Part shown: positions 11,306 to 26,300 of the stretch, one piece after another
Numbering within the stretch: position 1 is the stretch's first letter
Layout: each line of letters opens with the position of its first letter
Assembly: GCA_032718475.1 (NCBI GenBank)
Contig: JAUCBJ010007125.1
Location: 1-64,000 of the forward strand
Direction of reading: 5' to 3'
DNA: 64,000 nt
DNA from: Nemertoderma westbladi
Lineage: Eukaryota; Animalia; Xenacoelomorpha
Notes under the pieces: model-generated
The model's input: the letters and a program-made list of their open reading frames with translations, nothing else
Databases searched by the model: none
Told to the model about the DNA's origin: nothing
Made by a program: the position numbers and the translations under genes

Positions 11306-14300
11306 GTTGGTGTTATATGAACAAAGTAAATATAGACCAGGTTGGTGTTATATGAACAAAGTAAATATAGACCAGGTTGGTGTTATATGAACAAAGTAAA
11401 TATAGACCAGGTTGGTGTTATATGAACAAAGTAAATATAGACCAGGTTGGTGTTATATGAACAAAGTAAATATAGACCAGGTTGGTGTTATATGAAAAAA
11501 GTAAATATAGACCAGGTTGGTGTTATATGCACAAAGTAAATATAGACCAGGTTGGTGTTATATGAACAAAGTAAATATAGACCAGGTTGGTGTTATATGA
11601 ACAAAGTAAATATAGACCAGGTTGGTGTTATATGAACAAAGTAAATATAGACCAGGTTGGTGTTATGCACGAAGTAAATATAGACCAGGTTGGTGTTATA
11701 TGAACAAAGTAAATATAGACCAGGTTGGTGTTATATGAACAAAGTAAATATAGACCAGGTTGGTGTTATATGAACAAAGTAAATATAGACCAGGTTGGTG
11801 TTATATGAACAAAGTAAATATAGACCAGGTTGGTGTTATATGAACAAAGTAAATATAGACCAGGTTGGTGTTATATGAACAAAGTAAATATAGACCAGGT
11901 TGGTGTTATATGAACAAAGTAAATATAGACCAGGTTGGTGTTATATGAACAAAGTAAATATAGACCAGGTTGGTGTTATATGAACAAAGTAAATATAGAC
12001 CAGGTTGGTGTTATATGAACAAAGTAAATATAGACCAGGTTGGTGTTATATGAACAAAGTAAATATAGACCAGGTTGGTGTTATATGCACAAAGTAAATA
12101 TAGACCAGGTTGGTGTTATATGAACAAAGTAAATATAGACCAGGTTGGTGTTATATGAACAAAGTAAATATAGACCAGGTTGGTGTTATGCACGAAGTAA
12201 ATATAGACCAGGTTGGTGTTATATGCACAAAGTAAATATAGACTAGGTAGGTGTTATATGAACAAAGTAAATATAGACCAGGTTGGTGTTATATGAACAA
12301 AGTAAATATAGACCAGGTTGGTGTTATATGAACAAAGGAAATATAGACCAGGTTGGTGTTATGCACGAAGTAAATATAGACCAGGTTGGTATTATATGAA
12401 CAAAGTAAATATAGACCAGGTTGGTGTTATATGAACAAAGTAAATATAGACCAGGTTGGTGTTATATGAACAAAGTAAATATAGACCAGGTTGGTGTTAT
12501 ATAAACAAAATAAATATAGACCAGGTTGGTGTTATATGAACAAAGTAAATATAGACCAGGTTGGTGTTATATGAACAAAGTAAATATAGACCAGGTTGGT
12601 GTTATATGAACAAAGTAAATATAGACCAGGTTGGTGTTATGCACGAAGTAAATATAGACCAGGTTGGTGTTATATGAACAAAGTAAATATAGACCAGGTT
12701 GGTGTTATATGAACAAAGTAAATATAGACCAGGTTGGTGTTATATGCACAAAGTAAATATAGACCAGGTTGGTGTTATATGAACAAAGTAAATATAGACC
12801 AGGTTGGTGTTATATGAACAAAGTAAATATAGACCAGGTTGGTGTTATATGAACAAAGTAAATATAGACCAGGTTGGTGTTATATGAACAAAGTAAATAT
12901 AGACCAGGTTGGTGTTATATGAACAAAGTAAATATAGACCAGGTTGGTGTTATATGCACAAAGTAAATATAGACCAGGTTGGTGTTATATGAACAAAGTA
13001 AATATAGACCAGGTTGGTGTTATATGAACAAAGTAAATATAGACCAGGTTGGTGTTATATGAACAAAGTAAATATAGACCAGGTTGGTGTTATATGAACA
13101 AAGTAAATATAGACCAGGTTGGTGTTATATGAACAAAGTAAATATAGACCAGGTTGGTGTTATATGAACAAAGTAAATATAGACCAGGTTGGTGTTATAT
13201 GAACAAAGTAAATATAGACCAGGTTGGTGTTATATGAACAAAGTAAATATAGACCAGGTTGGTGTTATATTAATAAAGTAAATATAGACCAGGTTGGTGT
13301 TATATGAACAAAGTAAATATAGACCAGGTTGGTGTTATATGCACAAAGTAAATATAGACCAGGTTGGTGTTATATGAACAAAGTAAATATAGACCAGGTT
13401 GGTGTTATATGAACAAAGTAAATATAGACCAGGTTGGTGTTATGCACGAAGTAAATATAGACCAGGTTGGTGTTATATGCACAAAGTAAATATAGACTAG
13501 GTAGGTGTTATATGAACAAAGTAAATATAGACCAGGTTGGTGTTATATGAACAAAGTAAATATAGACCAGGTTGGTGTTATATGCACAAAGTAAATATAG
13601 ACCAGGTTGGTTTTATATGAACAAAGTAAATATAGACCAGGTTGGTGTTATATGAACAAAGTAAATATAGACCAGGTTGGTGTTATGCACGAAGTAAATA
13701 TAGACCAGGTTGGTGTTATATGCACAAAGTAAATATAGACTAGGTAGGTGTTATATGAACAAAGTAAATATAGACCAGGTTGGTGTTATATGAACAAAGT
13801 AAATATAGACCAGGTTGGTGTTATGCACGAAGTAAATATAGACCAGGTTGGTATTATATGAACAAAGTAAATATAGACCAGGTTGGTGTTATATGAACAA
13901 AGTAAATATAGACCAGGTTGGTGTTATATGAACAAAGTAAATATAGACCAGGTTGGTGTTATGCACGAAGTAAATATAGACCAGGTTGGTGTTATATGAA
14001 CAAAGTAAATATAGACCAGGTTGGTGTTATGCACGAAGTAAATATAGACCAGGTTGGTGTTATATGAACAAAGTAAATATAGACCAGGTTGGTGTTATAT
14101 GAACAAAGTAAATATAGACCAGGTTGGTGTTATATGAACAAAGTAAATATAGACCAGGTTGGTGTTATGCACGAAGTAAATATAGACCAGGTTGGTGTTA
14201 TATGAACAAAGTAAATATAGACCAGGTTGGTGTTATGCACGAAGTAAATATAGACCAGGTTGGTGTTATATGAACAAAGTAAATATAGACCAGGTTGGTG

Positions 14301-17300
14301 TTATGCACGAAGTAAATATAGACCAGGTTGGTGTTATATGAACAAAGTAAATATAGACCAGGTTGGTGTTATATGCACAAAGTAAATATAGACCAGGTTG
14401 GTGTTATATGAACAAAGTAAATATAGACCAGGTTGGTGTTATGCACGAAGTAAATTAGACCAGGTTGGTGTTATATGAACAAAGTAAATATAGACCAGGT
14501 TGGTGTTATATGCACAAAGTAAATATAGACCAGGTTGGTGTTATATGAACAAAGTAAATATAGACCAGGTTGGTGTTTTGCACGAAGTAAATATAGACCA
14601 GGTTGGTGTTATATGAACAAAGTAAATATAGACCAGGTTGGTGTTATGCACGAAGTAAATATAGACCAGGTTGGTGTTATATGAACAAAGTAAATATAGA
14701 CCAGGTTGGTGTTATATGCACAAAGTAAATATAGACCAGGTTGGTGTTATATGAACAAAGTAAATATAGACCAGGTTGGTGTTATATGCACAAAGTAAAT
14801 ATAGACCAGGTTGGTGTTATATGAACAAAGTAAATATAGACCAGGTTGGTGTTATGCACGAAGTAAATATAGACCAGGTTGGTGTTATATGAACAAAGTA
14901 AATATAGACCAGGTTGGTGTTTTGCACGAAGTAAATATAGACCAGGTTGGTGTTATATGAACAAAGTAAATATAGACCAGGTTGGTGTTATATGAACAAA
15001 GTAAATATAGACCAGGTTGGTGTTATGCACGAAGTAAATATAGACCAGGTTGGTGTTATATGAACAAAGTAAATATAGACCAGGTTGGTGTTATGCACGA
15101 AGTAAATATAGACCAGGTTGGTGTTATATGAACAAAGTAAATATAGACCAGGTTGGTGTATTGCACGAAGTAAATATAGACCAGGTTGGTGTTATATGAA
15201 CAAAGTAAATATAGACCAGGTTGGTGTTATATGAACAAAGTAAATATAGACCAGGTTGGTGTTATATGAACAAAGTAAATATAGACCAGGTTGGTGTTAT
15301 GCACGAAGTAAATATAGACCAGGTTGGTGTTATATGAACAAAGTAAATATAGACCAGGTTGGTGTTTTGCACGAAGTAAATATAGACCAGGTTGGTGTTA
15401 TATGAACAAAGTAAATATAGACCAGGTTGGTGTTATATGAACAAAGTAAATATAGACCAGGTTGGTGTTATATGAACAAAGTAAATATAGACCAGGTTGG
15501 TGTTATGCACGAAGTAAATATAGACCAGGTTGGTGTTATATGAACAAAGTAAATATAGACCAGGTTGGCGTTATATGCACAAAGTAAATATAGACCAGGT
15601 TGGTGTTATATGAACAAAGTAAATATAGACCAGGTTGGTGTTATATGAACAAAGTAAATATAGACCAGGTTGGTGTTATATGAACAAAGTAAATATAGAC
15701 CAGGTTGGTGTTATATGAACAAAGTAAATATAGACCAGGTTGGTGTTATATGAACAAAGTAAATATAGACCAGGTTGGTGTTATATGAACAAAGTAAATA
15801 TAGACCAGGTTGGTGTTATGCACGAAGTAAATATAGACCAGGTTGGTGTTATATGAACAAAGTAAATATAGACCAGGTTGGTGTTATGCACGAAGTAAAT
15901 ATAGACCAGGTTGGTGTTATATGAACAAAGTAAATATAGACCAGGTTGGTGTTATATGAACAAAGTAAATATAGACCAGGTTGGGGTTATATGAACAAAG
16001 TAAATATAGACCAGGTTGGTGTTATATGCACAAAGTAAATATAGACCAGGTTGGTGTTATATGAACAAAGTAAATATAGACCAGGTTGGTGTTATGCACG
16101 AAGTAAATATAGACCAGGTTGGTGTTATATGAACAAAGTAAATATAGACCAGGTTGGTGTTATATGAACAAAGTAAATATAGACCAGGTTGGTGTTATAT
16201 GAACAAAGTAAATATAGACCAGGTTGGTGTTATATGAACAAAGTAAATATAGACCAGTTTGGTGTTATATGAACAAAGTAAATATAGACCAGGTTGGTGT
16301 TATATGAACAAAGTAAATATAGACCAGGTTGGTGTTATGCACGAAGTAAATATAGACCAGGTTGGTGTTATATGAACAAAGTAAATGTAGACCAGGTTGG
16401 TGTTAAGTAAATATAGACCAGGTTGGTGTTATATGAACAAAGTAAATATAGACCAGGTTGGTGTTATATGAACAAAGTAAATATAGACCAGGTTGGTGTT
16501 ATATGAACAAAGTAAATATAGACCAGGTTGGGGTTATATGAACAAAGTAAATATAGACCAGGTTGGTGTTATATGCACAAAGTAAATATAGACCAGGTTG
16601 GTGTTATATGAACAAAGTAAATATAGACCAGGTTGGTGTTATGCACGAAGTAAATATAGACCAGGTTGGTGTTATATGAACAAAGTAAATATAGACCAGG
16701 TTGGTGTTATATGAACAAAGTAAATATAGACCAGGTTGGTGTTATATGAACAAAGTAAATATAGACCAGGTTGGTGTTATATGAACAAAGTAAATATAGA
16801 CCAGGTTGGTGTTATATGAACAAAGTAAATATAGACCAGGTTGGTGTTATATGAACAAAGTAAATATAGACCAGGTTGGTGTTATGCACGAAGTAAATAT
16901 AGACCAGGTTGGTGTTATATGAACAAAGTAAATATAGACCAGGTTGGTGTTAAGTAAATATAGACCAGGTTGGTGTTATATGAACAAAGTAAATATAGAC
17001 CAGGTTGGTGTTATGCACGAAGTAAATATAGACCAGGTTGGTGTTATATGAACAAAGTAAATATAGACCAGGTTGGTGTTATATGAACAAAGTAAATATA
17101 GACCAGGTTGGTGTTATATGAACAAAGTAAATATAGACCAGGTTGGTGTTATATGAACAAAGTAAATATAGACCAGGTTGGTGTTATATGAACAAAGTAA
17201 ATATAGACCAGGTTGGTGTTATGCACGAAGTAAATATAGACCAGGTTGGTGTTATATGAACAAAGTAAATATAGACCAGGTTGGTGTTTTGCACGAAGTA

Positions 17301-20300
17301 AATATAGACCAGGTTGGTGTTATATGAACAAAGTAAATATAGACCAGGTTGGTGTTATATGAACAAAGTAAATATAGACCAGGTTGGTGTTATGCACGAA
17401 GTAAATATAGACCAGGTTGGTGTTATATGAACAAAGTAAATATAGACCAGGTTGGTGTTATATGCACAAAGTAAATATAGACCAGGTTGGTGTTATATGA
17501 ACAAAGTAAATATAGACCAGGTTGGTGTTATATGAACAAAGTAAATATAGACCAGGTTGGTGTTATATGAACAAAGTAAATATAGACCAGGTTGGTGTTA
17601 TATGAACAAAGTAAATATAGACCAGGTTGGTGTTATATGAACAAAGTAAATATAGACCAGGTTGGTGTTATATGAACAAAGTAAATATAGACCAGGTTGG
17701 TGTTATGCACGAAGTAAATATAGACCAGGTTGGTGTTATATGAACAAAGTAAATATAGACCAGGTTGGTGTTATGCACGAAGTAAATATAGACCAGATTG
17801 GTGTTATATGAACAAAGTAAATATAGACCAGGTTGGTGTTATATGAACAAAGTAAATATAGACCAGGTTGGGGTTATATGAACAAAGTAAATATAGACCA
17901 GGTTGGTGTTATATGCACAAAGTAAATATAGACCAGGTTGGTGTTATATGAACAAAGTAAATATAGACCAGGTTGGTGTTATGCACGAAGTAAATATAGA
18001 CCAGGTTGGTGTTATATGAACAAAGTAAATATAGACCAGGTTGGTGTTATATGAACAAAGTAAATATAGACCAGGTTGGTGTTATATGAACAAAGTAAAT
18101 ATAGACCAGGTTGGTGTTATATGAACAAAGTAAATATAGACCAGGTTGGTGTTATATGAACAAAGTAAATATAGACCAGGTTGGTGTTATATGAACAAAG
18201 TAAATATAGACCAGGTTGGTGTTATGCACGAAGTAAATATAGACCAGGTTGGTGTTATATGAACAAAGTAAATATAGACCAGGTTGGTGTTAAGTAAATA
18301 TAGACCAGGTTGGTGTTATATGAACAAAGTAAATATAGACCAGGTTGGTGTTATATGCACAAAGTAAATATAGACCAGGTTGGTTTTATATGAACAAAGT
18401 AAATATAGACCAGGTTGGTGTTATGCACGAAGTAAATATAGACCAGGTTGGTGTTATATGCACAAAGTAAATATAGACTAGGTAGGTGTTATATGAACAA
18501 AGTAAATATAGACCAGGTTGGTGTTATATGAACAAAGTAAATATAGACCAGGTTGGTGTTATGCACGAAGTAAATATAGACCAGGTTGGTATTATATGAA
18601 CAAAGTAAATATAGACCAGGTTGGTGTTATATGAACAAAGTAAATATAGACCAGGTTGGTGTTATATGAACAAAGTAAATGTAGACCAGGTTGGTGTTAT
18701 GCACGAAGTAAATATAGACCAGGTTGGTGTTATGCACGAAGTAAATATAGACCAGGTTGGTGTTATATGAACAAAGTAAATATAGACCAGGTTGGTGTTA
18801 TGCACGAAGTAAATATAGACCAGGTTGGTGTTATATGAACAAAGTAAATATAGACCAGGTTGGTGTTATGCACGAAGTAAATATAGACCAGGTTGGTGTT
18901 ATATGAACAAAGTAAATATAGACCAGGTTGGTGTTATGCACGAAGTAAATATAGACCAGGTTGGTGTTATATGAACAAAGTAAATATAGACCAGGTTGGT
19001 GTTATGCACGAAGTAAATATAGACCAGGTTGGTGTTATGCACGAAGTAAATATAGACCAGGTTGGTGTTATATGAACAAAGTAAATATAGACCAGGTTGG
19101 TGTTATGCACGAAGTAAATATAGACCAGGTTGGTGTTATATGCACAAAGTAAATATAGACCAGGTTGGTGTTATATGAACAAAGTAAATATAGACCAGGT
19201 TGGTGTTATGCACGAAGTAAATATAGACCAGGTTGGTGTTATATGAACAAAGTAAATATAGACCAGGTTGGTGTTATGCACGAAGTAAATATAGACCAGG
19301 TTGGTGTTATATGAACAAAGTAAATATAGACCAGGTTGGTGTTATATGAACAAAGTAAATATAGACCAGGTTGGTGTTATATGAACAAAGTAAATATAGA
19401 CCAGGTTGGTGTTATGCACGAAGTAAATATAGACCAGGTTGGTGTTATATGAACAAAGTAAATATAGACCAGGTTGGTGTTATGCACGAAGTAAATATAG
19501 ACCAGGTTGGTGTTATATGAACAAAGTAAATATAGACCAGGTTGGTGTTATGCACGAAGTAAATATAGACCAGGTTGGTGTTATATGAACAAAGTAAATA
19601 TAGACCAGGTTGGTGTTATATGCACAAAGTAAATATAGACCAGGTTGGTGTTATATGAACAAAGTAAATATAGACCAGGTTGGTGTTATGCACGAAGTAA
19701 ATTAGACCATGTTGGTGTTATATGAACAAAGTAAATATAGACCAGGTTGGTGTTATATGCACAAAGTAAATATAGACCAGGTTGGTGTTATATGAACAAA
19801 GTAAATATAGACCAGGTTGGTGTTTTGCACGAAGTAAATATAGACCAGGTTGGTGTTATATGAACAAAGTAAATATAGACCAGGTTGGTGTTATGCACGA
19901 AGTAAATATAGACCAGGTTGGTGTTATATGAACAAAGTAAATATAGACCAGGTTGGTGTTATATGCACAAAGTAAATATAGACCAGGTTGGTGTTATATG
20001 AACAAAGTAAATATAGACCAGGTTGGTGTTATATGCACAAAGTAAATATAGACCAGGTTGGTGTTATATGAACAAAGTAAATATAGACCAGGTTGGTGTT
20101 ATGCACGAAGTAAATATAGACCAGGTTGGTGTTATATGAACAAAGTAAATATAGACCAGGTTGGTGTTTTGCACGAAGTAAATATAGACCAGGTTGGTGT
20201 TATATGAACAAAGTAAATATAGACCAGGTTGGTGTTATATGAACAAAGTAAATATAGACCAGGTTGGTGTTATGCACGAAGTAAATATAGACCAGGTTGG

Positions 20301-23300
20301 TGTTATATGAACAAAGTAAATATAGACCAGGTTGGTGTTATGCACGAAGTAAATATAGACCAGGTTGGTGTTATATGAACAAAGTAAATATAGACCAGGT
20401 TGGTGTATTGCACGAAGTAAATATAGACCAGGTTGGTGTTATATGAACAAAGTAAATATAGACCAGGTTGGTGTTATATGAACAAAGTAAATATAGACCA
20501 GGTTGGTGTTATATGAACAAAGTAAATATAGACCAGGTTGGTGTTATGCACGAAGTAAATATAGACCAGGTTGGTGTTATATGAACAAAGTAAATATAGA
20601 CCAGGTTGGTGTTTTGCACGAAGTAAATATAGACCAGGTTGGTGTTATATGAACAAAGTAAATATAGACCAGGTTGGTGTTATATGAACAAAGTAAATAT
20701 AGACCAGGTTGGTGTTATATGAACAAAGTAAATATAGACCAGGTTGGTGTTATGCACGAAGTAAATATAGACCAGGTTGGTGTTATATGAACAAAGTAAA
20801 TATAGACCAGGTTGGCGTTATATGCACAAAGTAAATATAGACCAGGTTGGTGTTATATGAAGAAAGTAAATATAGACCAGGTTGGTGTTATATGAACAAA
20901 GTAAATATAGACCAGGTTGGTGTTATATGAACAAAGTAAATATAGACCAGGTTGGTGTTATATGAACAAAGTAAATATAGACCAGGTTGGTGTTATATGA
21001 ACAAAGTAAATATAGACCAGGTTGGTGTTATATGAACAAAGTAAATATAGACCAGGTTGGTGTTATGCACGAAGTAAATATAGACCAGGTTGGTGTTATA
21101 TGAACAAAGTAAATATAGACCAGGTTGGTGTTATGCACGAAGTAAATATAGACCAGGTTGGTGTTATATGAACAAAGTAAATATAGACCAGGTTGGTGTT
21201 ATATGAACAAAGTAAATATAGACCAGGTTGGGGTTATATGAACAAAGTAAATATAGACCAGGTTGGTGTTATATGCACAAAGTAAATATAGACCAGGTTG
21301 GTGTTATATGAACAAAGTAAATATAGACCAGGTTGGTGTTATGCACGAAGTAAATATAGACCAGGTTGGTGTTATATGAACAAAGTAAATATAGACCAGG
21401 TTGGTGTTATATGAACAAAGTAAATATAGACCAGGTTGGTGTTATATGAACAAAGTAAATATAGACCAGGTTGGTGTTATATGAACAAAGTAAATATAGA
21501 CCAGGTTGGTGTTATATGAACAAAGTAAATATAGACCAGGTTGGTGTTATATGAACAAAGTAAATATAGACCAGGTTGGTGTTATGCACGAAGTAAATAT
21601 AGACCAGGTTGGTGTTATATGAACAAAGTAAATGTAGACCAGGTTGGTGTTAAGTAAATATAGACCAGGTTGGTGTTATATGAACAAAGTAAATATAGAC
21701 CAGGTTGGTGTTATGCACGAAGTAAATATAGACCAGGTTGGTGTTATATGAACAAAGTAAATATAGACCAGGTTGGTGTTATATGAACAAAGTAAATATA
21801 GACCAGGTTGGGGTTATATGAACAAAGTAAATATAGACCAGGTTGGTGTTATATGCACAAAGTAAATATAGACCAGGTTGGTGTTATATGAACAAAGTAA
21901 ATATAGACCAGGTTGGTGTTATGCACGAAGTAAATATAGACCAGGTTGGTGTTATATGAACAAAGTAAATATAGACCAGGTTGGTGTTATATGAACAAAG
22001 TAAATATAGACCAGGTTGGTGTTATATGAACAAAGTAAATATAGACCAGGTTGGTGTTATATGAACAAAGTAAATATAGACCAGGTTGGTGTTATATGAA
22101 CAAAGTAAATATAGACCAGGTTGGTGTTATATGAACAAAGTAAATATAGACCAGGTTGGTGTTATGCACGAAGTAAATATAGACCAGGTTGGTGTTATAT
22201 GAACAAAGTAAATATAGACCAGGTTGGTGTTAAGTAAATATAGACCAGGTTGGTGTTATATGAACAAAGTAAATATAGACCAGGTTGGTGTTATGCACGA
22301 AGTAAATATAGACCAGGTTGGTGTTATATGAACAAAGTAAATATAGACCAGGTTGGTGTATTGCACGAAGTAAATATAGACCAGGTTGGTGTTATATGAA
22401 CAAAGTAAATATAGACCAGGTTGGTGTTATATGAACAAAGTAAATATAGACCAGGTTGGTGTTATATGAACAAAGTAAATATAGACCAGGTTGGTGTTAT
22501 GCACGAAGTAAATATAGACCAGGTTGGTGTTATATGAACAAAGTAAATATAGACCAGGTTGGTGTTTTGCACGAAGTAAATATAGACCAGGTTGGTGTTA
22601 TATGAACAAAGTAAATATAGACCAGGTTGGTGTTATATGAACAAAGTAAATATAGACCAGGTTGGTGTTATATGAACAAAGTAAATATAGACCAGGTTGG
22701 TGTTATGCACGAAGTAAATATAGACCAGGTTGGTGTTATATGAACAAAGTAAATATAGACCAGGTTGGTGTTATATGCACAAAGTAAATATAGACCAGGT
22801 TGGTGTTATATGAACAAAGTAAATATAGACCAGGTTGGTGTTATATGAACAAAGTAAATATAGACCAGGTTGGTGTTATATGAACAAAGTAAATATAGAC
22901 CAGGTTGGTGTTATGCACGAAGTAAATATAGACCAGGTTGGTGTTATATGAACAAAGTAAATATAGACCAGGTTGGTGTTATATGCACAAAGTAAATATA
23001 GACCAGGTTGGTGTTATATGAACAAAGTAAATATAGACCAGGTTGGTGTTATATGAACAAAGTAAATATAGACCAGGTTGGTGTTATATGAACAAAGTAA
23101 ATATAGACCAGGTTGGTGTTATATGAACAAAGTAAATATAGACCAGGTTGGTGTTATATGAACAAAGTAAATATAGACCAGGTTGGTGTTATATGAACAA
23201 AGTAAATATAGACCAGGTTGGTGTTATGCACGAAGTAAATATAGACCAGGTTGGTGTTATATGAACAAAGTAAATATAGACCAGGTTGGTGTTATGCACG

Positions 23301-26300
23301 AAGTAAATATAGACCAGGTTGGTGTTATATGAACAAAGTAAATATAGACCAGGTTGGTGTTATATGAACAAAGTAAATATAGACCAGGTTGGGGTTATAT
23401 GAACAAAGTAAATATAGACCAGGTTGGTGTTATATGCACAAAGTAAATATAGACCAGGTTGGTGTTATATGAACAAAGTAAATATAGACCAGGTTGGTGT
23501 TATGCACGAAGTAAATATAGACCAGGTTGGTGTTATATGAACAAAGTAAATATAGACCAGGTTGGTGTTATATGAACAAAGTAAATATAGACCAGGTTGG
23601 TGTTATATGAACAAAGTAAATATAGACCAGGTTGGTGTTATATGAACAAAGTAAATATAGACCAGGTTGGTGTTATATGAACAAAGTAAATATAGACCAG
23701 GTTGGTGTTATATGAACAAAGTAAATATAGACCAGGTTGGTGTTATGCACGAAGTAAATATAGACCAGGTTGGTGTTATATGAACAAAGTAAATATAGAC
23801 CAGGTTGGTGTTAAGTAAATATAGACCAGGTTGGTGTTATATGAACAAAGTAAATATATACCAGGTTGGTGTTATATGCACAAAGTAAATATAGACCAGG
23901 TTGGTTTTATATGAACAAAGTAAATATAGACCAGGTTGGTGTTATATGAACAAAGTAAATATAGACCAGGTTGGTGTTATGCACGAAGTAAATATAGACC
24001 AGGTTGGTGTTATATGCACAAAGTAAATATAGACTAGGTAGGTGTTATATGAACAAAGTAAATATAGACCAGGTTGGTGTTATATGAACAAAGTAAATAT
24101 AGACCAGGTTGGTGTTATATGCACAAAGTAAATATAGACCAGGTTGGTATTATATGAACAAAGTAAATATAGACCAGGTTGGTGTTATATGAACAAAGTA
24201 AATATAGACCAGGTTGGTGTTATATGAACAAAGTAAATATAGACCAGGTTGGTGTTATGCACGAAGTAAATATAGACCAGGTTGGTGTTATATGAACAAA
24301 GTAAATATAGACCAGGTTGGTGTTATGCACGAAGTAAATATAGACCAGGTTGGTGTTATATGAACAAAGTAAATATAGACCAGGTTGGTGTTATATGAAC
24401 AAAGTAAATATAGACCAGGTTGGTGTTATATGAACAAAGTAAATATAGACCAGGTTGGTGTTATGCACGAAGTAAATATAGACCAGGTTGGTGTTATATG
24501 AACAAAGTAAATATAGACCAGGTTGGTGTTATGCACGAAGTAAATATAGACCAGGTTGGTGTTATATGAACAAAGTAAATATAGACCAGGTTGGTGTTAT
24601 GCACGAAGTAAATATAGACCAGGTTGGTGTTATATGAACAAAGTAAATATAGACCAGGTTGGTGTTATATGCACAAAGTAAATATAGACCAGGTTGGTGT
24701 TATATGAACAAAGTAAATATAGACCAGGTTGGTGTTATGCACGAAGTAAATATAGACCAGGTTGGTGTTATATGAACAAAGTAAATATAGACCAGGTTGG
24801 TGTTATATGCACAAAGTAAATATAGACCAGGTTGGTGTTATATGAACAAAGTAAATATAGACCAGGTTGGTGTTTTGCACGAAGTAAATATAGACCAGGT
24901 TGGTGTTATATGAACAAAGTAAATATAGACCAGGTTGGTGTTATGCACGAAGTAAATATAGACCAGGTTGGTGTTATATGAACAAAGTAAATATAGACCA
25001 GGTTGGTGTTATATGCACAAAGTAAATATAGACCAGGTTGGTGTTATATGAACAAAGTAAATATAGACCAGGTTGGTGTTATATGCACAAAGTAAATATA
25101 GACCAGGTTGGTGTTATATGAACAAAGTAAATATAGACCAGGTTGGTGTTATGCACGAAGTAAATATAGACCAGGTTGGTGTTATATGAACAAAGTAAAT
25201 ATAGACCAGGTTGGTGTTTTGCACGAAGTAAATATAGACCAGGTTGGTGTTATATGAACAAAGTAAATATAGACCAGGTTGGTGTTATATGAACAAAGTA
25301 AATATAGACCAGGTTGGTGTTATGCACGAAGTAAATATAGACCAGGTTGGTGTTATATGAACAAAGTAAATATAGACCAGGTTGGTGTTATGCACGAAGT
25401 AAATATAGACCAGGTTGGTGTTATGCACGAAGTAAATATAGACCAGGTTGGTGTTATATGAACAAAGTAAATATAGACCAGGTTGGTGTTATATGAACAA
25501 AGTAAATATAGACCAGGTTGGTGTTATATGAACAAAGTAAATATAGACCAGGTTGGTGTTATATGAACAAAGTAAATATAGACCAGGTTGGTGTTATGCA
25601 CGAAGTAAATATAGACCAGGTTGGTGTTATATGAACAAAGTAAATATAGACCAGGTTGGTGTTTTGCACGAAGTAAATATAGACCAGGTTGGTGTTATAT
25701 GAACAAAGTAATTATAGACCAGGTTGGTGTTATATGAACAAAGTAAATATAGACCAGGTTGGTGTTATATGAACAAAGTAAATATAGACCAGGTTGGTGT
25801 TATGCACGAAGTAAATATAGACCAGGTTGGTGTTATATGAACAAAGTAAATATAGACCAGGTTGGCGTTATATGCACAAAGTAAATATAGACCAGGTTGG
25901 TGTTATATGAAGAAAGTAAATATAGACCAGGTTGGTGTTATATGAACAAAGTAAATATAGACCAGGTTGGTGTTATATGAACAAAGTAAATATAGACCAG
26001 GTTGGTGTTATATGAACAAAGTAAATATAGACCAGGTTGGTGTTATATGAACAAAGTAAATATAGACCAGGTTGGTGTTATATGAACAAAGTAAATATAG
26101 ACCAGGTTGGTGTTATGCACGAAGTAAATATAGACCAGGTTGGTGTTATATGAACAAAGTAAATATAGACCAGGTTGGTGTTATGCACGAAGTAAATATA
26201 GACCAGGTTGGTGTTATATGAACAAAGTAAATATAGACCAGGTTGGTGTTATATGAACAAAGTAAATATAGACCAGGTTGGGGTTATATGAACAAAGTAA